A DNA stretch of 64,000 nt from Verrucomicrobiota bacterium (GCA_050011195.1 JBEKJO010000002.1:3288-67287); one strand, 5' to 3'. Counted from the first letter of the stretch, positions 30,601-39,758 are shown. The notes: a model not told the origin generated them from the sequence alone. Translations and numbers: made by a program.

Positions 30601-33600
30601 AGTGCTGGAGGGTTGGTTGTTCCATTACTCCATTTCTCCATTACTCCATCACTCCGTTTGCTCACCAGCAGCGTCCACGTCTCTTTCTGATTCGGCTGGA
30701 GCTTGGAAACGAAGTGCTCCCATTTCAGGTCCAGGTCTTTGTTCTTCCACGGCACGCTGATCTTGCGCGATTCCAGGTAGGCACGGTTCTCGCGGACATA
30801 GGTAACGTGCACGAAGAACCCGCCGCGCATCGCCTCGGTCACCGCCAGCTTGATCTGCTGTTGGGTTTGCCCGGCCCGAGTCCAATAGCGCTGGATCATT
30901 TGGTGCCGGTGTTCGATCTCGATGAACGCCCGCCCCTCGTCGTAGCCCGTCCCCCACAGCGCCATAAACTCCTGCCCTGGCTGCAGCTCCCAATCCGGCG
31001 CGGCGATCAGTTGCGGAATCCTGAGGGCCAGCTTCGTGGCCTCGGGTTGCAGCACCTGGACGGGGAGTTTGCCCGTGACTTTCTTGCCAAACCGATCCTG
31101 CGTCTCCAACACCGCCCGATACGCCCCCGCCGCCAGCTTGAACGACAGCTTCGCCACTCCGTTGGTGTCAGTAGTGAACCCCTTTTCCGCGACCACCTTG
31201 CCCAACGGCCAGTTGTTCGGGTTCGACAAGTCCTTGCCGGGTTCGCCCTCATCGGCGTCCCCGCCGCCGAACTCACCGCCGTAACGCCACGGTTGCGGAC
31301 CGGACAGCGGTGGCCGGCGCACTTTTTCCGGCCCTTGCAGGTCATAAATCTTAACGCTGCCCTCGGCTACCTGCGGCTCGCCGTCCAGGGTCTTGGTCTC
31401 CAGCTTCAGCTCGACCGGCTTACCGTCAGTCTGCCAATCATCGGCGCTGATCATGGCTTCGAGGGCGGTGTAGCCGACGCGGATGGCGCGGTCGGCGGAG
31501 CGCGTCTCGCCCGCGCTGTCGGTGACATCGGCGTTGATCTGGAAGACAAACGTCGGCTCGTCTTTCTCCGGCACCTTCGGGTCGGGCCGGGCGGCGAACT
31601 CGATCTGGAACGAGCCGTCGGTCGCGGTTCTGGCTGTGCCGTGGGCGATTTCCTGGCTCTCACCCCGGGGCCTGCCGCCGCGCCACCAACCCCACCACCA
31701 CGGCATCCGCACCTCACGCACGACGCGGTATTTGACCACCGCCCCGTCCACCGCCGCGCCGGTATAGTTCACCGCATGGCCGCTCAGGCTCACCCTCTCG
31801 TTGAGCTTCGCCGCGGCTTTCGGCGCGTCGAGCGTCACCTCGAACTTTGGCCGTTTGTATTCCTCGACCCGGAACTGGGCATCGCCCAGCGCTCGCCCCT
31901 CGACCTGGAGCGACATCTGCCCCATGAGCCGGTCGCGCGGGGCGGTAAAGCTGCCGGCAAACGAACCGTAGTCGTTGGCGCGCTGCTTCTGGCGCGCAAT
32001 CTCCTTGTCGTTCACGTCCTTGAACACCACCGTCAACGGCTCGCCCTTGAGCACCTCGTAGTTGTCCTTGGTCCCGTCCACCCAGAGGCATATCCCCTTG
32101 TATTGGATGGTCTGGCCGGGCCGGTAAATGGCGCGGTCGGTGAAAAAAAAGGTGTGGGTTACCGGGCCGTGGGGTTGCTCGTCCTGCCGGTTGTAGGTCC
32201 AGATATCAGCCGCCGTCGCCAGCTCTTGGCCGTTATGACGCGCCCGGAACAGATAGCTCCTATTCTTCGAGGGCTTGAGGGAGAAAAACCCGTTCTCATC
32301 CATAGTCAGCGTCGGATCGGCAACGCGCTGGCCTTGGTTGTCGAGATGCCAGACGGACACCTCCGCGCCAACGACCGGCTCGCCCGAGTCCGCCTTCAGG
32401 ACAAATCCCTCAATCCTGCCTTCGCGCGTTCGAGTCACCAGCGCCAGGTCGCTCACCCACACGTCCGTCATGGAAACGATGTTGTCCCCCTCGCCGAACT
32501 TTGGGTCGTGGCTGGCGGCGATGAAATAGAAGCCCGGCTTGAGGCTGTCCGGCGCCGGCGTGGCGAAGGTCTTCTCCTTGTAGTCGCTGGTCGGCGGCAG
32601 CTTCGCCGACCATTCCAGCGCGGGTTTGCGGGCCAGGATTTCCCGGCGTTCCTTGTCGTTCAGGTTCTCCGGCCGGTTATGGTGCTTGTCGAGGAAGACT
32701 TCCCAGTCATAGGGAATAGCACGGAAATACACCGCCTCGACGTTGCGGTAGCGAACCGTGATTGCCGGCCAAGGCGCGTTCCAAACCCGCTCGGTGGTGA
32801 TGCTCGCCGACTTGGCCTCAATCTCGGTGACCAGGTTGCGGCAGAGCTTTCCGCCCGGCGATTGCGGGAACAATTCCACACCGCGCAGCGCGAGCTTGCG
32901 CGCCGCGACCAGGTCGCCTTCCTGCTGGACGACCCGCGCCTCGCGCTCGATGGCCAGTGCGGAGATGTCGAAGTCGGCATACGCGCGGATGAACGTCTCC
33001 AGGGCCGCCTGGTAGCGCTTGTTCTTTTCTTCGCCGAAGGCGGTGTTCCAGCCCCACGTCAGCCGCTCCAGGTCGGCGTCGGCAAACGCCAATGACGGAG
33101 CGGGGTCGCTCTGGTGGAACCGGAGCAGGTCCCGGTAGAGCTGGATGGCCTTGAGGACAGGCGAGTCGGTGTCGGCGCCGGCAGCGGGCTGCCAGCCCAT
33201 GAACTTCTCGGCGGAGTCGAGAACCGGGCTGTCGGCGGACAACTCGAAGGCATCCTCCGGTTTGGCCGCCGCCTGCTCGCCGGAGGTGTAGAACTCCAGC
33301 GCCTCGTGGGCGATGAAATCGTATAGGGTGGGCCGGTAACTGTCCGGCATGGTCCCTTTCCGCAGCAGGTCGTTCCAGGCGCTGATGGGCGTGGCCTTGA
33401 GAACCTTCTCCGCCGCGAGCGCCTTCTGGAACTGGCGGTCAATCTCCCGGAAAAGCCGGGGCAGGTCCCACGTCATAAAATCTTTGCCCGGCGGATCGGC
33501 GGTGGCCGTGCGCCGCATGAAGCGCCACCGGTTCTGCTGGAAATACTGCCAATACCATTCGGCCAGCAACGTATCCATCAGCGGCGCCATCTCCTTCGGC

Positions 33601-33890
33601 GCCTTGGCGATCTCCGCCTCCAGGCGCGTGATCTTCTCTTCCGGCTTGTTGCCCTGGATATTGCCTTCCAGCGCGATCTTCTGCCCGATGGCCTTCACCG
33701 CCTCGGCGTAGGCCCGGTCCTTGAGCGCGCCCTGGATAATGGGTTCGAGGTTGGTGATGGCGGTCTTGGGCAGGCCCTTCGCGATGGCCTCCTCGACTTG
33801 TTTCCATTGCGCGTCGCGCGGGCCGGCGAGGGTGGTTGAGGCAAATGTGTTCACAACAACAAAGGCAACGACCAATAGCGTTCGGTTCAT
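27648..33890 (-). CDS. Alpha-2-macroglobulin family protein with thioester motif
   Basis: About 2080 aa from ATG 33890 (MNRTLLVVAFVVV signal). An N-terminal helical region is followed by repeated beta-sandwich (MG-like) regions. YPYECSEQT thioester motif at nt 29355-29366. Confidence 0.88.
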   Translation of the reverse strand: MNRTLLVVAFVVVNTFASTTLAGPRDAQWKQVEEAIAKGLPKTAITNLEPIIQGALKDRAYAEAVKAIGQKIALEGNIQGNKPEEKITRLEAEIAKAPKEMAPLMDTLLAEWYWQYFQQNRWRFMRRTATADPPGKDFMTWDLPRLFREIDRQFQKALAAEKVLKATPISAWNDLLRKGTMPDSYRPTLYDFIAHEALEFYTSGEQAAAKPEDAFELSADSPVLDSAEKFMGWQPAAGADTDSPVLKAIQLYRDLLRFHQSDPAPSLAFADADLERLTWGWNTAFGEEKNKRYQAALETFIRAYADFDISALAIEREARVVQQEGDLVAARKLALRGVELFPQSPGGKLCRNLVTEIEAKSASITTERVWNAPWPAITVRYRNVEAVYFRAIPYDWEVFLDKHHNRPENLNDKERREILARKPALEWSAKLPPTSDYKEKTFATPAPDSLKPGFYFIAASHDPKFGEGDNIVSMTDVWVSDLALVTRTREGRIEGFVLKADSGEPVVGAEVSVWHLDNQGQRVADPTLTMDENGFFSLKPSKNRSYLFRARHNGQELATAADIWTYNRQDEQPHGPVTHTFFFTDRAIYRPGQTIQYKGICLWVDGTKDNYEVLKGEPLTVVFKDVNDKEIARQKQRANDYGSFAGSFTAPRDRLMGQMSLQVEGRALGDAQFRVEEYKRPKFEVTLDAPKAAAKLNERVSLSGHAVNYTGAAVDGAVVKYRVVREVRMPWWWGWWRGGRPRGESQEIAHGTARTATDGSFQIEFAARPDPKVPEKDEPTFVFQINADVTDSAGETRSADRAIRVGYTALEAMISADDWQTDGKPVELKLETKTLDGEPQVAEGSVKIYDLQGPEKVRRPPLSGPQPWRYGGEFGGGDADEGEPGKDLSNPNNWPLGKVVAEKGFTTDTNGVAKLSFKLAAGAYRAVLETQDRFGKKVTGKLPVQVLQPEATKLALRIPQLIAAPDWELQPGQEFMALWGTGYDEGRAFIEIEHRHQMIQRYWTRAGQTQQQIKLAVTEAMRGGFFVHVTYVRENRAYLESRKISVPWKNKDLDLKWEHFVSKLQPNQKETWTLLVSKRSDGVMEKWSNGTTNPPALQPSSTPERLAAEMVATLYDESLDAFAPLDWLHRFPIFREDDSLVQSQFANTPMGFQQVFGSWGRPYERVEITYRSFPPDLTRNLWRFQFYARRRALGVTFGGLADAKDEIANAPMAMAAAAPATASAAPAPGAFLLEMANADRATGPEEALFDKMGPSVAGGAAKQPAPPKPDLSKVTARKNLNETAFFFPQLTSDSNGVVRMTFTMPEALTKWRFLGFAHDQSVRSGLLEDHAVTAKDLMVQPNPPRFLREGDTVEFTVKVSNQTDKPLRGNVQLTFNQALDSQPADQLLGNAKPEQDFDIPAKESRSCAWRIHVPDGCGFLTYKAVGAAANVSDGEEGYLPVLSSRILVTESLPLPIRGPATKQFEFTKLLKSGDSKTLQNQSLVVQMVSNPAWYAVLALPYLMEYPYECSEQTFNRLYANALARTIANSDPKIRRILDQWKNTPALESPLQKNQDLKAVMIEETPWLRQADNESQARRNIGILFDDNRLNYETEATLRKLTEMQLGDGRWPWFPGGPGNDYITLYITTGFGRLRHLGVDIDAARAIRSLYRLDAWMTEEYERIQTRPEPDKYVPSATDALYLYGRSFFLKDKPVAPPHKTAIEFFLKQAHKFWLKTDCRQTQGHLALALHRFNSFNSFNSSNSVNDSTPRDIMKSIKERSVSNEEMGMFWRDTELSWWWYRAPIETQALMIEAFDEVMGDLPAVEDCRVWLLKQKQTQDWKTTKATADAVYALLLRGKDILSSEALVQVKLDGVDVTPNLGRVSVPASPNRSTAEKGKGLSGASPSPAVEPGTGFYEYRFTPTDIKPKLGDITVRKLDQGVAWGSVNWQYLEDMSKVTPYEGTPLKLNKTLYLKVNTAKGPVLEPVKGPLSVGDELVVRVELRVDRDMEYVHLKDQRGSGTEPVNVISRYKYQDGLAYYESTRDTASHFFIDYLPKGAYVFEYSTRVQLRGQYQTGVAQIQCMYAPEFNSHSQSLPLTVK
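28655..28698. repeat. 9-nt-period repeat (GTTAANNGA type), family E, inside the A2M CDS
   Basis: cgttaactgagttagatgagttaaaggagttaaaagagttaaag, translated on the minus strand as FNSFNSFNSSNSVND. Confidence 0.8.
30583..30656. repeat. Family B inverted 8-nt-period element inside the A2M CDS
   Basis: ggagtgctggagggttggagtgctggagggttgg / ccattactccatttctccattactccatcactcc are imperfect inverted arms. Both are translated (…GVMEKWSNGTTNPPALQPSSTPE…). Confidence 0.8.
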
Positions 33891-34177
33891 AGCATGTCCA
33901 GTTTCAAGCAAACTTTCCTTCATTAGACGGCAAGGGATGGTTTGTGCTCCGGGAAAGGCTTTGGCAAGCGAATCCTTATCCCTGCTCATCGGCTCGCAAC
34001 GTAGGCTCCCAGACCAACTGGAACAAGGTGATAATCCGGGTCATGTCGGCTTGGGCAAGCGTGGGCCAGGGTGGCGAAAAGCGGCAAAACTGAGCGGCTT
34101 TTCGGTTGCATCCGCAACCTTTTATCCTATGATGGCGGCCGGCGGTGGGGGAGACGCGCGGGAAAGATGAACTCGGA

Positions 34178-35041
34178 ATGAAGCAGGCACAAAACGAACA
34201 ATCGGAAGCCGGGATGCAGAGGGACGCCCTTGGCCTGGGCCAGAGGTCCGTTTATCTCAATTCCGCCGCCTTGGTTCTCGGTTTTTTCCTGCTCGCTCTC
34301 TCCAGCATCCACGCTACCGATTCGCCGGTCCGGCGGGAATGGACGGTCGATGGCGTCGTCCGCCAGGCATTGGTGTATGCGCCCTCCCAGGCCCGGGGCG
34401 AAGCGGCGCCGGTCGTCTTCGTGTTTCATGGGCGCGGCGGGACGATGCACAATGCCGCCCGCAACTTCGGCTACCACACACTCTGGCCCGAGTCGATCGT
34501 GGTCTATCCGCAGGGCGTTCCCACGCCGGGAGTATTGATCGATCTGGAGGGCAAGATGCCCGGCTGGCAGTACGGCATCGGTGACCACGGCGACCGCGAC
34601 CTGAAGTTTTTCGACGCCATGCTGGCGAGTCTCAAGGAGGATTACGGCGTGGACGAAAAGCGCATTTATGCCACCGGCCTCTCGAATGGCGGCGCGTTCA
34701 CCTATCTGCTCTGGGCAACCCGGGGGGACATCTTCGCGGCCTTCGCCCCGTGCGCCGCGGCCGCGCCGCAGATGGCCCGGCGGTTCAAGCCCAAACCCGT
34801 CCTGCATCTTGCGGGCGAGAAGGATTCACTGGTGAAATTCGAGTGGCAGCAGCAGACGATAGACGTGCTGCGGCGGATCAACCAGTGTGGCGACGGTGAG
34901 CCGTGGGAACCGGGGTGTACGCTCTATCCGTCGAAGATCGGCGCGCCCGTCGTCGCCTTCATCCACCCGGGCGGCCACGAGTTTCCGGCGAAGGCGCCGG
35001 CGATTATTGTGAAGTTCTTCAAGCAGCACGCGAAACCCTGA
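34178..35041 (+). CDS. Secreted alpha/beta-hydrolase esterase (LpqC / PHB-depolymerase-like, CE1-type)
   Basis: VVFVFHGRGG...IYATGLSNGGAFTY (GxSxG nucleophile elbow). Start uncertain: GTG 34145, ATG 34178 or ATG 34214. Confidence 0.72.
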   Translation: MKQAQNEQSEAGMQRDALGLGQRSVYLNSAALVLGFFLLALSSIHATDSPVRREWTVDGVVRQALVYAPSQARGEAAPVVFVFHGRGGTMHNAARNFGYHTLWPESIVVYPQGVPTPGVLIDLEGKMPGWQYGIGDHGDRDLKFFDAMLASLKEDYGVDEKRIYATGLSNGGAFTYLLWATRGDIFAAFAPCAAAAPQMARRFKPKPVLHLAGEKDSLVKFEWQQQTIDVLRRINQCGDGEPWEPGCTLYPSKIGAPVVAFIHPGGHEFPAKAPAIIVKFFKQHAKP

Positions 35042-35079
35042 AGAAGGCTTCCCTGTTTCCCTCGTCTGGTTTGACACGA

Positions 35080-38000
35080 ATGCAACTGGCGCACCCCCGC
35101 AAGTCCGGTCTGTTCCAGCTTCAACTGAGCTGCCTCTCCGCTTTCGCGTTCCTCTCCATTCTCAACCCCATTCACACCCCGGCCGGGCCGGAACCGGTGC
35201 CATCAAGAGGCGCTGTCTTCTTCGACCGCCTGCCGGGCTGCAATGAGACCCTGGCCCGGGAGATCAGCAGTCAAGTGCGCGCCGCCGGCTACGCGACCGA
35301 GTTCGTCGGCACGACCGTCTTGACCAACCCGGCGCTGCTGACGGCCAGGCATTATGACCTGCTGGTCCTGCCCGGGGCGCGCTCGTTGCCGATGGCCGCG
35401 GCGCCGGCGATTAAGGGCTATTTGCAGGAGGGCGGCGGCCTGCTGGCCCTCGGGCTGCCGGCGTGGCAATCACCGCTCTACCCGATCAAGGGCCAATGGG
35501 TCTCCCGGGACAGTTACGAGCAGGCAGTCGCCACGCAACGGGCGCAACATATTGTGGAGGACTTTGCGCGGGCTGATTTGTCGCGCTGGACGCGGTCGGC
35601 GGGGGAAGCGGGCGCGAAAGCAGAGTATGAACTGACCGATACGGATCATGGCAAGGCGCTGCACGTGAAGGTCGGGCATCTGGGCGGATGGGAAACCTTG
35701 GGCTCTCCGGCGTTGGTGCGGCCGTTTCCGCCGGGTCACACGCTGACCTGTTTCCGCGCGAAGGGCGCCCCGCGCACGCGCCAGCTCGCCTTCGAATGGA
35801 AGGAAGAGGACGGGTCGCGCTGGATTGCGACGGTGGATCTGACCCCGGAGTGGCAGGACTACACGTTGCTGCCGGACCGGTTCAAGGCCTGGCCGGTGCC
35901 CGCCCCGGGCGAGAAACGCCGCGGCTTTCACCCGAACAAGGCCGTGAGTTGCTGTGTCGGCCTCGCGCTGTCGCACACGGCGCTGGAAGGGGACAAGCAC
36001 GAATATTGGTTCAATAACCTGGGCACCGCGCCGAACCCCTTCGCCGACGACGTGCCGCCGGCGGAACCGCAGATTCCAGGGCTGGAGTCCGTCTCCCCCA
36101 GCTACCAATGCTACCCCATCACGACGCCTGTGCTCGTGCGCGCCGACCATCAAAAGGCCGCACTGGAGGACTGGGAAAAGCTCCCTGCCGTTCCAAGCTC
36201 AATAAAGAATGCTCAGACCCACGAGTCGGAACCCGGCGCTCGCACTCCCGGAAGCCAACACTTTCCCTTGCTGTCTTCGGATTTCGGATTTCGGATTTCG
36301 GATTTCGACCTTCTGGGCCTCCAGCCGCGGGCGCGGGGCGTGGGATTCAATCAAGAGCGGGCGTTCCGATGGGAGCCGCTGCTGGGAGCTTACGACGCGG
36401 CCACACAGGATTATCGCGGGGCGGTGGGGGCGCTGGTGGTAAACGTCGAACCGCCCTTCCGCGGCAGTGTGTGGGCGGCCTTCACGCCGGCGGACGTGGC
36501 CTTTTACCGGCAGCCGGTCGTGACCAATTGCTTGCATCAGGTGCTGTCGCGTATGAAACGAGGCGTCTTCCTCAGCGAAGGCGGGACTGAGTTCTTCACC
36601 GTCTTTGCGGGGCAGCAGTTCAAAGCCGGAGCGCGCGTGGTGAACTTCGGCCGAGAGACGGTCAGCAACCTTCACGTTTCGGTGACGTTCCTGGATGGCA
36701 AAGGCGCGCCGCGCCGGACGGTGCTCCAGCAGGGCGCAATGGCGCTCGCGCCCGGCGAAGCGAAGGCGGTCGAGCAGGATGGCCTTTCCCGAAATGCCGG
36801 TGAAGCCGGCGTCTCGGTCAGTTTGACCCTGGCCGGCGCGCCGATTGACGGGCTGCGCCATGAGCTGGGCGTGTGGGAACCCAAAGCGAAATCGGAGTTC
36901 ATCGAGGCGCGCGACGGCGGGTTCTGGTTGCGCGACAAACCGTGGAAGGCGCATGGGGTGAACTACATGCCCTCCAGTGGGATTGGCCTGTCCAACGGCC
37001 ATTACTTCGAGGCGTGGCTGGGGCGCGGCGCCTATGATCCCGAGGTGATCGAGCGCGATTTGCGGCGCGTCAAAGCCCTGAATCTGAACGCGGTGAGCGT
37101 GTTCGTTCACCATGAATCGCTCAGTTCGCAACACCTGCTCGACTTCCTGCGCCGCTGCGACGCGCTCGGCCTGCACGTCAACCAATCCCTCCGGCCCGGT
37201 ACACCCATGGACTTCCAGTGGCGGGAGATGAAGGAACTGATCGAGTTCTGCCGGCTGGCGCAGAACGACACGGTATTTGCCTACGACCTGGCCTGGGAAC
37301 CAAGCCACGGCGACCAGGCGCACCAGCAACAGGCCTACGCCAAACTTTGGACCGACTGGGTCCTCAAGCGTTACGGCACACTCGCCGCCGCCGAAAAAGC
37401 CTGGGCCGCACCCGCCCCGCGCCCGGAGAAGCCTTCGGATTTCGGATTTCGGATTTCGGACTTCTCCACTCCTCCCATGTCCCAGCTCACCCACGATGGC
37501 CCCTGGCGCAAGCTCGTCGCCGATTACCGCCTCTTCCTCGATGACCTTCTGCGCGAGAAGTATTCCGCCGCGCGACAACTCGTGCACTCCATTGACCCGC
37601 ATCACGCCGTCAGCTTCCGCATGTCGTGCGCCGGCGATCCCACATATAACTGGGACGCCGCCCTGCCCTACGATTTTTACGGCCTCGCGGATGCCGTGGA
37701 CCTATGGGCGCCCGAAGCCTATGGCCGCATCGGCGATTGGGAACGTGTCCGGGCCGGCGATTTCACCGCCGCCTATGCCCGCCTGTGCGATGCCCGCAAA
37801 CCGCTGATGTGGGCGGAAATGGGCTATACCGTATGGGACATGAATCGCATGGCCCCCGACCCGGAGAAACTCGCCTTCGAGGGCCGTTACTACGCGGACT
37901 TCTACCGCATGATGATCGAATCGGGCGCGGACGGCGTCTTCTTCTGGTGGTATCCCGGCGGCTTCCGTCTCGGCGAGAACAGCGACTTCGGCATCATCAA

Positions 38001-38232
38001 CCCCGACGGCACAGACCGCCCCGTGACGAAAATTATCCGCGGCGAAGGGCCGCGTTTTCTCCACGCCCCCAAACCCGCTAAACCCGACTACTGGATCGCC
38101 GTGGACCGCGACCGCGACTCGCGCGGGCTGTTCGGCATCTGCCAGGCCGTCCAAGCCGACTTCTGGCAGGCCATTGCTGAAGGCCGCCACCCCGCCCTCA
38201 AGTGGGAATCCCGGCCCGGCACAGCCAAATAG
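35080..38232 (+). CDS. Large putative glycoside hydrolase (C-terminal clan GH-A TIM-barrel-like domain)
   Basis: Signal-like N-terminus after ATG 35080. HGVNYMPSS...LNLNAVSVFVHHE, DLAWEPSHG (candidate acid/base) and LMWAEMGY (candidate nucleophile). Contains two in-frame heptamer tracts. Confidence 0.6.
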   Translation: MQLAHPRKSGLFQLQLSCLSAFAFLSILNPIHTPAGPEPVPSRGAVFFDRLPGCNETLAREISSQVRAAGYATEFVGTTVLTNPALLTARHYDLLVLPGARSLPMAAAPAIKGYLQEGGGLLALGLPAWQSPLYPIKGQWVSRDSYEQAVATQRAQHIVEDFARADLSRWTRSAGEAGAKAEYELTDTDHGKALHVKVGHLGGWETLGSPALVRPFPPGHTLTCFRAKGAPRTRQLAFEWKEEDGSRWIATVDLTPEWQDYTLLPDRFKAWPVPAPGEKRRGFHPNKAVSCCVGLALSHTALEGDKHEYWFNNLGTAPNPFADDVPPAEPQIPGLESVSPSYQCYPITTPVLVRADHQKAALEDWEKLPAVPSSIKNAQTHESEPGARTPGSQHFPLLSSDFGFRISDFDLLGLQPRARGVGFNQERAFRWEPLLGAYDAATQDYRGAVGALVVNVEPPFRGSVWAAFTPADVAFYRQPVVTNCLHQVLSRMKRGVFLSEGGTEFFTVFAGQQFKAGARVVNFGRETVSNLHVSVTFLDGKGAPRRTVLQQGAMALAPGEAKAVEQDGLSRNAGEAGVSVSLTLAGAPIDGLRHELGVWEPKAKSEFIEARDGGFWLRDKPWKAHGVNYMPSSGIGLSNGHYFEAWLGRGAYDPEVIERDLRRVKALNLNAVSVFVHHESLSSQHLLDFLRRCDALGLHVNQSLRPGTPMDFQWREMKELIEFCRLAQNDTVFAYDLAWEPSHGDQAHQQQAYAKLWTDWVLKRYGTLAAAEKAWAAPAPRPEKPSDFGFRISDFSTPPMSQLTHDGPWRKLVADYRLFLDDLLREKYSAARQLVHSIDPHHAVSFRMSCAGDPTYNWDAALPYDFYGLADAVDLWAPEAYGRIGDWERVRAGDFTAAYARLCDARKPLMWAEMGYTVWDMNRMAPDPEKLAFEGRYYADFYRMMIESGADGVFFWWYPGGFRLGENSDFGIINPDGTDRPVTKIIRGEGPRFLHAPKPAKPDYWIAVDRDRDSRGLFGICQAVQADFWQAIAEGRHPALKWESRPGTAK
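36276..36307 (+). repeat. Heptamer tract TTCGGAT x4.5, family D, inside a CDS
   Basis: ttcggatttcggatttcggatttcggatttcg, translated SDFGFRISDF. Confidence 0.85.
37434..37463 (+). repeat. Heptamer tract TTCGGAT x4, family D, inside a CDS
   Basis: ttcggatttcggatttcggatttcggacttc, translated SDFGFRISDF. Confidence 0.85.
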
Positions 38233-38245
38233 CCAATACGGCCAG

Positions 38246-39634
38246 CTATAACCTCCACGGCTCCCGCATCTTGCGGCCCAGCAGGCGAAGGTTGGCTTCT
38301 TCATCGCCCGGGAAGTGTTCTTTCTGCGGGTCCCACACCAGCTTGCGGTTGAGGTGCAAAGCGATCTCGCTCAGATGGCAGAGCGAATCGGATTGGACTG
38401 ACTCGTCTATCGGGCACACGGTTTCCGCGCGGCTCTTGACGCAGTCCAGGAAGTTGCGCGTATGGTCGGCGCTCTTGGTAAGCTGGACCTTGAACGAGTC
38501 TTCGCGCTGGTCAATCAGACTTTCGGGCTGAAGGTTGATCCCGCTGCGATCAACGTGGACCCAGCCCTCAGTGCCTTCGAAGGCAGTGCCGTGATCGGTG
38601 ATCCGGCGGTAGCGCTTCTTCCATTCCTGCTCGTGCTCCCAGAGGTCGCACGACGGCGCTTCCGGATTGGGATGATTGGGCGTGCCCTCGAAGCGCAAGG
38701 TCACGCCGCTGCCGAACTTCATATTTACGTTCCATGCGGTGGCCGTGTCGCAGATGCCTTCGGCATGGAAGGTTCCGCGGCCATCCACTTCGACGGGTCC
38801 GTCGAGCAGCTCGCCGCCGCCCCAGACGGCGATGTCCATCGGATGAATGCCCCAGCCGGCGATGAAGCCGACGGCCAGGTCGCGAATATACCACCACGTC
38901 TTTTTCGCGCCCGGCCCGGCGACCAGGTCCTGCGTGTGCGGCCGGAACGGCGCCGGCCCCAGCCACAGATCGTAATTCAATCCCGGGGGAACCGGAACGA
39001 CTTGAGTTGAGCCGCCCGGCGCGCTGGCCGGCCCCCAGACGTTGATGTGCTGAAGCTTGCCGATGCAGCCGTTGCGGACCAGCTCGCAGGCGAGCCGAAA
39101 GATGCGCGAAGAGCGCTGCTGGGTGCCGAATTGAAAGACCCGTTTGTGGTGATGCACTTCCTTCCGCAAGGTCCAGTCCTCGGTCAAGTTGAGGCCCATT
39201 GGCTTTTCCAGGTAAACGTCCTTGCCCGCCCGCACCGCCGCCAGCGCCGTCAGCACGTGCCAGTGGTCGGGCGTCGCGATGAGGACCGCGTCAATGCCTT
39301 TGCGGGCGACCAGCTCGCGGAAGTCGCCATACGTCGCGCAGTCCTTGTTCTGGTAATGCTGGTTGACGCGGTCGCGCGCCTGTTCGAGGTGGTCTTTCAT
39401 GACATCGCACACGGCGACAACCTGCGCGTCTTTCTGACCGAGGAAGTTGCCCATGTCCCCCTGTCCCTGCGGGCCAACGCCAATGCAGCCGACCGCAATC
39501 CGGTTGCCCGGCGCGACGCTGCCCGACTTGCCCAGGGCGGAAGCGGGAATGATGGAAGGAAAAGCCGCGGCTGAGAGTGCCAGCCCGGTGGTCTGCTTCA
39601 GGAATTGCCGTCGTGTGGAGCAACTGTCGTTCAT
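38246..39634 (-). CDS. Gfo/Idh/MocA family oxidoreductase with twin-arginine signal
   Basis: STRRQFLK Tat motif. IAVGCIGVGPQG Rossmann motif. EKP motif (VYLEKPM). Confidence 0.9.
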   Translation of the reverse strand: MNDSCSTRRQFLKQTTGLALSAAAFPSIIPASALGKSGSVAPGNRIAVGCIGVGPQGQGDMGNFLGQKDAQVVAVCDVMKDHLEQARDRVNQHYQNKDCATYGDFRELVARKGIDAVLIATPDHWHVLTALAAVRAGKDVYLEKPMGLNLTEDWTLRKEVHHHKRVFQFGTQQRSSRIFRLACELVRNGCIGKLQHINVWGPASAPGGSTQVVPVPPGLNYDLWLGPAPFRPHTQDLVAGPGAKKTWWYIRDLAVGFIAGWGIHPMDIAVWGGGELLDGPVEVDGRGTFHAEGICDTATAWNVNMKFGSGVTLRFEGTPNHPNPEAPSCDLWEHEQEWKKRYRRITDHGTAFEGTEGWVHVDRSGINLQPESLIDQREDSFKVQLTKSADHTRNFLDCVKSRAETVCPIDESVQSDSLCHLSEIALHLNRKLVWDPQKEHFPGDEEANLRLLGRKMREPWRL

Positions 39635-39758
39635 ATTGAAATGGTTGGCCTGGTCAGTGTTTCAGAATCGTTCACAGCGGGATCACCCACGCCGCGCCCG
39701 CAGCATGGCACGGGTGGGGAAAGGATGGAAGTGCAAAATAGCTCTCATCCAGGAACCT

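Noticed and set aside
23019-33890. Idea that the Ig/beta-helix giant and the A2M form a functional two-gene system.
   Set aside because: They are convergently transcribed and share only a 72-nt spacer. Adjacency alone is not evidence, and no shared regulatory or repeat feature links them.
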